Source of the DNA: Candidatus Abzuiibacterium crystallinum
Lineage (GTDB): Bacteria > Omnitrophota > Omnitrophia > Omnitrophales > Abzuiibacteriaceae
Length of the DNA stretch: 64,000 nucleotides
Reading direction: 5' to 3'
Assembly (NCBI GenBank): GCA_002787155.1
Contig: PCVY01000028.1
Coordinates: forward strand, 9,478 to 73,477
Positions 57,661 to 64,000 of this stretch are shown here, in pieces (the stretch's first letter is position 1; each line of letters opens with the position of its first letter). A model generated the notes under the pieces. It searched no databases and was not told the DNA's origin. It saw only the letters and a list, made by a program, of their open reading frames with translations. The translations under genes were made by a program, and so were the position numbers.

Positions 57661-60421
57661 CTAATTCTCCTTGTTCAATTTCAGTAATATGGTCAATTTG
57701 TTCCCAATTAATTTTAAATATTTTAACGGTTGTTTTTTGATCACTTTCTTGATAAACGGGCTTAAATAAAGAAAGCGTGATGCCATCCAAATAATACAAT
57801 TGATACAGCACTGAACGGATCAATGCCGGATCCGCGACAACTGCGCGCAACTGGCCCTGACGTTTAAAAAGCAAAACTGACAATGATACTTGGCTTTGAG
57901 GAAAAACATGCTCTACCAGTTTTTGATCAGTGACTTCAAAAACACTATAGGGCTGAATTCGTCCTACCCCGCTTGGCGGCTGTATCCAGATGCTTTGTGT
58001 TTGCATGTCCAGCAAAACACCGTTCTCGAATAATATCTTGTTCTCTTTTTGTTCACGAATCCCTGCTTCCGGCAAATATTTCCAAGCACCTTCAATCGTA
58101 TCGAACACCTCACTTAAATAGCCTTGAAATTTTTTCTCCTTCACTTCTTCATATCTGGTTAAATTTGTTGTGAGCCACCGATCTGCTGCCTGACCACCCA
58201 AGAAAGTTGGGCTCAAACCCACTTCCAGTGGCACTGAAGATTGCGATGCCTGAGGTGTCACGGGCGCTTGACTGTTTATTTGGTGATTAGGAATAAGAAG
58301 AGGATTTGTCCAGAAGGGTGTCTGTAAAACATTTTGAACCCAGTTACCCAAAGCAAGAATGATAGGTTTTTGAGTCAGTTGTTTTTTTTGCTGAAACTCT
58401 TTTGCCTTCCTAAAATTCCACTTTGCAAGGAGGGTCAAGGCTAAATTTTTTTCCATCAAATCATTATAAAGAAATAGATAAGAAGGCGGCGGTTGCTCAA
58501 TTTGTATCAAATTAACAAATGCTTTTTGTTCATCCGCTGACATTTTTCCGCTTAATTGCGCCATCAGGCTTGCTGGATCTAACGTCATGGAATCAGTAAT
58601 TAATTCGATGGCATCTGACAACTCCCAATGGCGCTCAAGCAGAAAATCAAGAGGCGCATTGCCTTTTGTGTTAACCATATTAAATAATCCAACTGCTGTT
58701 TTCTCATCAGAAGAAAGAAAAGCTCTGGCCATCCAATAGGTTTGGTGATTTTGCTGGGTGCCGCCGTCAATAACGGTGCGGCGTTCGGCGACTGCATTAA
58801 TAAAATAGCCGGGAGGCCACCAGCTATCAATAATGGCATTCGGGGGACTCTTCTCTTTTAAGTTCAGTAGACTATTATACCAAACATCATTCATAATCCT
58901 ACTCACCCCTTGCGCCCCGATATGTCCCAGAACCAACGGTACCGGAAGAAACAGACAGATCATGAGGAGCCTGGACACATATTCAAAAATCCTGATCCGA
59001 GGTGAATGTGAAAGAAAAATATTTCTAACGTTTAAGAGAGACTGCTCGATCGCATAGAACCCAAGGGCTGTCATGAAACCAAATGGGACTACCAACAAAA
59101 TAGCAAAACGCTCTGTTCGTAACGCCAATAAAATGGTAGGGATAGAAAATATAAAAATCACAAGCCATGCGAAACCCAACTCGGCCTTTTTCTCTTTTAA
59201 AAGAATGGCAATCAAGTAGCAAATGCCGTAAAGAGCAACCATTGCCATCACGGGGCTGCTGCATAAATACACCAGCTTTTTTATCGTCAAAGAATTGGTT
59301 TCGGCCACTGTTAAAAACGCATTTGGCCAAACCGAGACATCTGTGGATGAAAACATGGGGAGAAAGGTAAAAGACTCTTGAAAGACTTCCCACAAACCTC
59401 GCGGGGTCAAAAACAACACTGCCGCCGCCAATGTTGTGATGCCGTAAATAAGTCCAAACAAAAACATATGGTGCTTCATTCTAACGGCCAATTGGATAAA
59501 TCCAATTGCCAAACAGATGACGAATGCAAGCATAAACATATAAATCCATCCTGCCCAAAACAGCGTGTAGACCCCCGTGAGAAAACCAGCCGCAATCGGA
59601 TATCGAAATTGCTTTCTGTTTCCCTGTCGGCAGGCGAGGCACATGAGTCCGAAAATTAGGAGCTGGAATAACGGTTGGTAAGGATCGGTGTCATACCACC
59701 CAAGCGCACTCCTTTGCAAGTAAGCGGGAGCCAGCATCAAAGTAACGAGCCCTAGAAAAAGGGCGGATCCGCTTAAATTAAGCATCCGCCCAACCACAAA
59801 AAAAAGAAGACAACTTGCGCACACGAGAACAAGCGGAAAATATGAAAGCCCCTCCATCATATCAATTTTAGGATTCAAAGCATGAATGATCTTAAACCAG
59901 GAATAGCCTAAATATGGATGAAGCGTCTTGAGTGCCCACGCTCCGCTGGGGGCTTCACGAAGAGAGTTGAAAAAGCGCCCCGATTGATACGCGGATGATA
60001 ACTGACCCTCCTTTACAATCCGTTGAGTAAGGCTATAATAGTAATAAGAATCAGCGCCCAATAAGTAAATTCTTGAGTGTCCTTCATTACCGCCCCCTTT
60101 TGCTATTTGACTTGCCAATTTCTCAACACTTTCTTGAAATTGATCGTGGCTATTTTCAATAATTCTATCTGCTTGTTCATGCACCAATTGGTTCTTTAAT
60201 TTTTGATCAAGTCCTGGCAGTGAAGTTTCGTCTATGTTTTTTTTGATTTGACTGACAATTTTATTGTAAACCGCATCCCGCGCTAACTTGTGCGCAACAA
60301 AAGGTGAAACTTTGCGCAAGGTCTCTGTTCTAAAAAAACAGGCAATCAATCCAGATAAGATAATCAGCCCAATCCAGAAAAGACGCGACAGAAGACGATT
60401 GTCTTGCTGAAAAGTATGCAT
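57644..60421 (-). CDS. STT3/AglB/PglB-family oligosaccharyltransferase (copy 1, WWPPG)
   Basis: LLGADSYYY, GWYDTD, TVAE and SWWPPGY...DGGTQ motifs, many TMs. Confidence 0.85.
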   Translation of the reverse strand: MHTFQQDNRLLSRLFWIGLIILSGLIACFFRTETLRKVSPFVAHKLARDAVYNKIVSQIKKNIDETSLPGLDQKLKNQLVHEQADRIIENSHDQFQESVEKLASQIAKGGGNEGHSRIYLLGADSYYYYSLTQRIVKEGQLSSAYQSGRFFNSLREAPSGAWALKTLHPYLGYSWFKIIHALNPKIDMMEGLSYFPLVLVCASCLLFFVVGRMLNLSGSALFLGLVTLMLAPAYLQRSALGWYDTDPYQPLFQLLIFGLMCLACRQGNRKQFRYPIAAGFLTGVYTLFWAGWIYMFMLAFVICLAIGFIQLAVRMKHHMFLFGLIYGITTLAAAVLFLTPRGLWEVFQESFTFLPMFSSTDVSVWPNAFLTVAETNSLTIKKLVYLCSSPVMAMVALYGICYLIAILLKEKKAELGFAWLVIFIFSIPTILLALRTERFAILLVVPFGFMTALGFYAIEQSLLNVRNIFLSHSPRIRIFEYVSRLLMICLFLPVPLVLGHIGAQGVSRIMNDVWYNSLLNLKEKSPPNAIIDSWWPPGYFINAVAERRTVIDGGTQQNHQTYWMARAFLSSDEKTAVGLFNMVNTKGNAPLDFLLERHWELSDAIELITDSMTLDPASLMAQLSGKMSADEQKAFVNLIQIEQPPPSYLFLYNDLMEKNLALTLLAKWNFRKAKEFQQKKQLTQKPIILALGNWVQNVLQTPFWTNPLLIPNHQINSQAPVTPQASQSSVPLEVGLSPTFLGGQAADRWLTTNLTRYEEVKEKKFQGYLSEVFDTIEGAWKYLPEAGIREQKENKILFENGVLLDMQTQSIWIQPPSGVGRIQPYSVFEVTDQKLVEHVFPQSQVSLSVLLFKRQGQLRAVVADPALIRSVLYQLYYLDGITLSLFKPVYQESDQKTTVKIFKINWEQIDHITEIEQGELDEKTT

Positions 60422-60459
60422 TGATATCCGCCAAAGTTAATATAAAATAATTGAGCCAT

Positions 60460-60719
60460 CGGGGAGTTAATTTTATCAATCCCCGCTGGCTCATCCCAGC
60501 GCATTGCTTTTTAATGCGCGTGGGATTACCAATGAAACCCCATACCAGCCCCGCTTGATCGTGACTGGTATGGGGTGAGAGGTCGGGGAAACTCCTCGAC
60601 CTCTCAAATAATTGAGGTGTTATCCCAGCGGGGATTGTTTCCGCCAAAGGCCAGATCTCCGCCGGAGGGACGGATCAGTCCTTTGGCTGAGGTCCTCTGG
60701 CGGAAGAATTAACTCCCCG
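60460..60719. repeat. Nested palindromic element (structured ncRNA or composite REP/MITE-like element)
   Basis: Perfect 13-bp inverted repeats at 60460-72/60707-19 and 60477-89/60625-37; hairpins at 60493-526, 60537-576, 60576-606 and 60639-705. Confidence 0.8.
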
Positions 60720-60781
60720 TTGAATCAAATAATTTAGTAACTGATATTGATTAGCCGATAAATTAATCACAAAAAGGGCAT

Positions 60782-61486
60782 ATGAACACCCAAAAAATAC
60801 TTATCATTGTTCCCGCACTTAATGAAGAAAAACTCATCGGAGACCTTGTCCGTGAAATTAAGGCCGCCTATCCGTATGATGTTTTGGTCATTAACGATGG
60901 CTCGCTTGATCAAACTGCAGTTTATGCTGTTCAAGCGGGTGCCAAAGTTGTAACACATCCTTATAATCTTGGGATTGGCGGTGCCGTTCAAACAGGTTTT
61001 AAGTTTGCTGAGAAAGAGGGATATAAAATTGTTGTACAAGTTGACGGCGACGCTCAACATGACCCGCGATACATCCAGCCTCTTATAGAACCTGTCTTAA
61101 AAGGGCAATTTGATTTGTGTATTGGATCTCGTTTTATTAAACCTTCCGACACGTTTAAATCTACATTCATTCGGCGAATTGGTATCCGTTTTTTTGCTGT
61201 TCTATTGGGCTGGCTAACCGGTGTCCATGTAACGGACCCAACATCCGGCTTTCGAGCCACCGGCCCTGCTCTGATTAAACCATTTTCAACGAACTACCCC
61301 GTCGATTTTCCGGAGCCTGAAACCATTAAAATCGCAAAACGCTTAGGCGCTCATGTTGGCGAAGTCCCTGTGCAGATGCGTCAGCGTCTAAGCGGTCATT
61401 CGTCGATTCGCTATTTTCGAACGGTTTACTACATGATCAAAGTCACTATAGCCATACTCATTGATGCTTTAAGACGTAACAAATAA
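60782..61486 (+). CDS. GT2 polyprenol-phosphate sugar synthase (GacI/PpgS-like)
   Basis: VPALNE, INDGSLD, QVDGDAQH, IGSRF and DPTSGFRA motifs; followed by a DUF2304-like gene. Confidence 0.88.
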   Translation: MNTQKILIIVPALNEEKLIGDLVREIKAAYPYDVLVINDGSLDQTAVYAVQAGAKVVTHPYNLGIGGAVQTGFKFAEKEGYKIVVQVDGDAQHDPRYIQPLIEPVLKGQFDLCIGSRFIKPSDTFKSTFIRRIGIRFFAVLLGWLTGVHVTDPTSGFRATGPALIKPFSTNYPVDFPEPETIKIAKRLGAHVGEVPVQMRQRLSGHSSIRYFRTVYYMIKVTIAILIDALRRNK

Positions 61487-61495
61487 AGGTGATTT

Positions 61496-61846
61496 ATGAA
61501 TGTAAATTTCTTTGCAATTTTAAGCGCTTTTCTTATTTTATGTTTGGTTATTGAACTGATTCGACAACAAAAAATGACCTTTAAATATTCTTTATCGTGG
61601 TTGAGCGCCAGCCTTCTTGTTATCATTCTTGCTTTTAATGAAAAACTCTTAGCTAAAATCTCTACTTTTTTTGGCTTTGAACTGCTGAGTAATTTTATTT
61701 TCTTTTTGCTTCTTTTATTTTTTGTCTTCTTAAGTCTTCGGTTAACGATATTTATTAACGAACAAAATAACCGAAGTGAAACTTTGGCTCAAACGGTTGG
61801 TATTCTTGAGCATAAAATTAACGAGCTCGAGAAAAAAACACACTAA
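61496..61846 (+). CDS. DUF2304-like small membrane protein (GacJ/Rv3632-like)
   Basis: Three TMs, KYSLSW, FFGFELLSN and a C-terminal coiled coil (LAQTVGILE). Confidence 0.75.
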   Translation: MNVNFFAILSAFLILCLVIELIRQQKMTFKYSLSWLSASLLVIILAFNEKLLAKISTFFGFELLSNFIFFLLLLFFVFLSLRLTIFINEQNNRSETLAQTVGILEHKINELEKKTH

Positions 61847-61854
61847 GTCCTTTG

Positions 61855-62523
61855 TTAGAAAAACTCAAATCCCGCTCCTCCCTGAGTCGTATCAGATTCG
61901 CTCTTCTCTGGCGTTTTCATAATGTCTTCAATCCGTCGCGCTAAATCGTCGCGGCCGATCTGACGGAGCAGTGTTATTGACTTGAGCGCAGCTCCTCGCT
62001 TTTCTGCCGCGACATAGGCAAGCCCTAATCCATACTGCGCTTCCACAACGTCTGGGTCTCGCTTGACTGCCTTTTCAAAATACTGAACTGCATCGTACCC
62101 GTTTTGTTTCTGTAATTCTAACCAACCTAATCCCGTGTAGCCTTTTGCAAAGTTTGGATCGGCTTCAATTGATTTTTCAAAAAATTCTTTTGCTAAAATC
62201 GGATCCTTAGCCACCCCGGCATAATAGGTCCCAATATTAAAATATGGGTCGCCGTAATGCGGATTCAGTTCGGTCGCCGTCATAAATGCGTTCATTGCAC
62301 CGATGATACCTTCTTCGGTTTTTAGAAGCGCCACACCCAAGGCATTGTGAAATTGCGGGATATTGGGATTCGCTCGTATGGCTTTACGAAATGATTCAAT
62401 GGCTAATGGGATCTCGCCTTGATTTATGAATTCAATACCAGCTTCGAAATAATGACGCTCATCTTGCGCTCGCAGCGGTCCAGCCGTTAAAAAGAAACTT
62501 AAAAAGAAAATCAAAATGATCAC
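61855..62523 (-). CDS. Secreted TPR-repeat protein
   Basis: Signal peptide and repeated A...NP / LG TPR units. Confidence 0.85.
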   Translation of the reverse strand: MIILIFFLSFFLTAGPLRAQDERHYFEAGIEFINQGEIPLAIESFRKAIRANPNIPQFHNALGVALLKTEEGIIGAMNAFMTATELNPHYGDPYFNIGTYYAGVAKDPILAKEFFEKSIEADPNFAKGYTGLGWLELQKQNGYDAVQYFEKAVKRDPDVVEAQYGLGLAYVAAEKRGAALKSITLLRQIGRDDLARRIEDIMKTPEKSESDTTQGGAGFEFF

Positions 62524-63179
62524 GTCTCTTCCTCCGAGGGAATCGGCACCGTTTTATTCTGGCCTCCTGTTGTCATAGGTACTTCGGCGGGCATTACTTC
62601 AACCCCTATCTCATCTTCAGTTTCTCCGTCGTTTGTAATAAAAATGCGTGACATGGATAGACTGGCGTTAATCACATCTGAGTTTTTCCCTTTAGGTTCC
62701 AGCAAATACTGAGTGATGCGAAATAAAAAATCTGAATCTTCAAGTGCCTGCATAAATTCCAGCATGTTCCGCAACTTCCCATTACACTCGAGCGTTGTTT
62801 TGTACTCTTGCATAATTGGATTGCCTTCCACATCGCCAGGCTGCACATTTGTGATATTGATGGACATTGCTGCAGCAATTGATTCAATTTCTCTTAAAAG
62901 ATCCGCAATAATCTCCTCTTGAGCTTTCTCGCCACTATCGAGATAGTGCTGATACTGCCTGTATTCACGCAAAATACTGTCTTTGTAGGACAGAACACGA
63001 ATGCTACGCTTTATTGCTTGAGACTTCGCATCAATTTCAGCATCCAGCACTTTTTGTTCTGCCAAAATCGGCCCCAGAACAAGCAGATCCATGAGCAGCA
63101 TGAGCACGCATATAATCGCAGCGATTATTAATATTTTTTCTTTTTTTTGTAACTTGTTATAAAAATCGTTAATATTCAT
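62520..63179 (-). CDS. PilO/GspM-like assembly protein
   Basis: N-terminal KKEK then TM, coiled coil and ferredoxin-like domain (G....LEFMQALE); lies downstream of a PilN-like gene. Confidence 0.72.
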   Translation of the reverse strand: MNINDFYNKLQKKEKILIIAAIICVLMLLMDLLVLGPILAEQKVLDAEIDAKSQAIKRSIRVLSYKDSILREYRQYQHYLDSGEKAQEEIIADLLREIESIAAAMSINITNVQPGDVEGNPIMQEYKTTLECNGKLRNMLEFMQALEDSDFLFRITQYLLEPKGKNSDVINASLSMSRIFITNDGETEDEIGVEVMPAEVPMTTGGQNKTVPIPSEEET

Positions 63180-64000
63180 TAAATTCCCTCAACCAAGGTA
63201 CATTCGATGGAAAAATCTGCTACTTCTTTTTGTCCTTCCCGCCTTGATTTTGTTTCTTTGGTTTGCACATCCGTAAAGAAATTAGATTCTTCTAATTCAG
63301 TGACGAATGCAAAAATACGTGACATGGAATCAGCTGTCCCTCCAATGGTAATGGCGCCCTCCTTGTCGTAACTAAACCTAGACAAGTAAATATCATCACC
63401 AATCATGGAATTTATCTTCTCAAAGACATGGAGACCTCTGCCCCTTTTACGCAAGAGTTCTCGAACAGCCCGACTTTTGGTTGATTTTTCTTCTAATTCC
63501 CTGGCTTGCTCAAATGTTGACTCATTTAATGTTTCCAATTTCTTGCGGTGCTCATTTTTAATATAACTCTTCACTAATAAAAAAACGCTGATTAATAGGA
63601 AGACTGTCATGATCAAAATGCCAAATTCGATAACATCTTTTCCGCTTTTTCGAAAGGACCGCCTTATTTTAATTTCCTTTGGAATTAAATCGATCCTTGT
63701 CAGGCTTAGCATCTCGTAGGAGGAGAAGACATCAAAAAATGAATCATCTGTGGCTTGTGCAATCATTTGAGATACTTCACTTCCCGTTTGAAATCTATCT
63801 TTTGCTTGAATGAATGAAACTTTTGTTTCATGATCTTTAATATAAGGAATGGCGCCTTCTATTCCCTGTTTGATTAATTCGTGGTACTCAGGTATGCTGG
63901 CAACGAACAGCATTTTAATCACTTGCCCCACACCTTGATCTTGATAAGCGACGATAGATTTACTTAATTCCGAGATAAACTCCTTGACTGCCGCTTCGCG
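63179..64000 (-). CDS. PilM/PilN (GspL-like) fusion protein, 5' end beyond the window
   Basis: Frame is open to the window edge (REAAVKEFISELSKSIVAYQ...). IDLIP, TM, coiled coil and PilN domain (ITIGGTA...FVTELEESNFFTDV). Confidence 0.72.
   Translation of the reverse strand, partial: REAAVKEFISELSKSIVAYQDQGVGQVIKMLFVASIPEYHELIKQGIEGAIPYIKDHETKVSFIQAKDRFQTGSEVSQMIAQATDDSFFDVFSSYEMLSLTRIDLIPKEIKIRRSFRKSGKDVIEFGILIMTVFLLISVFLLVKSYIKNEHRKKLETLNESTFEQARELEEKSTKSRAVRELLRKRGRGLHVFEKINSMIGDDIYLSRFSYDKEGAITIGGTADSMSRIFAFVTELEESNFFTDVQTKETKSRREGQKEVADFSIECTLVEGI

Noticed and set aside
60330-60647. 105-aa minus-strand ORF across the palindromic element
   Set aside because: It overlaps the STT3 5' end in another frame and has no recognisable motif; GC-rich palindromes readily give open frames.
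60460-60719. Possible CRISPR array, tRNA or tmRNA
   Set aside because: No regularly spaced direct repeats with spacers, no cas genes, and no T-arm (GTTCGA) or CCA end.

Overview
This is a gene-dense bacterial window. About 60 kb of it is one very large cell-surface glycosylation locus, and it ends next to type IV pilus/type II secretion assembly genes (PilM/N-like, PilO-like, TPR). Main blocks: (1) 1-5454, a 3-amino-sugar cassette (oxidoreductase, aminotransferase, acyltransferase) with GT2 and GT-C transferases; (2) 7197-17588, a GDP-sugar operon (HddA/HddC-like, Gmd-like, a ColD-like PLP enzyme with His in place of Lys, an orphan TPP-dependent E1 alpha/beta pair, SDRs, a PhyH dioxygenase, GT2) that probably makes a branched-chain deoxysugar; (3) 17760-26195, mostly plus-strand multi-TM GT-C-like proteins, a B12 radical SAM enzyme and a methyltransferase; (4) 26192-60421, a co-oriented minus-strand run of about 34 kb with NeuB/NeuC, AsnB, two sulfotransferases, several methyltransferases and oxygenases, a split wzm/wzt ABC exporter, a STELLO-like protein, two STT3/AglB/PglB-type oligosaccharyltransferases with altered WWDYG motifs (WWPPG and WFDPG), gspK, ctpA and a stand-alone NUMOD3 micro-protein. 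A 260-nt element of nested perfect inverted repeats lies in the divergent intergenic region at 60460-60719. I saw no rRNA, tRNA, CRISPR array or transposase. All calls come from reading motifs in the translations; no searches were run. The gene content fits an uncultured diderm lineage such as Omnitrophota, but that is a weak inference.
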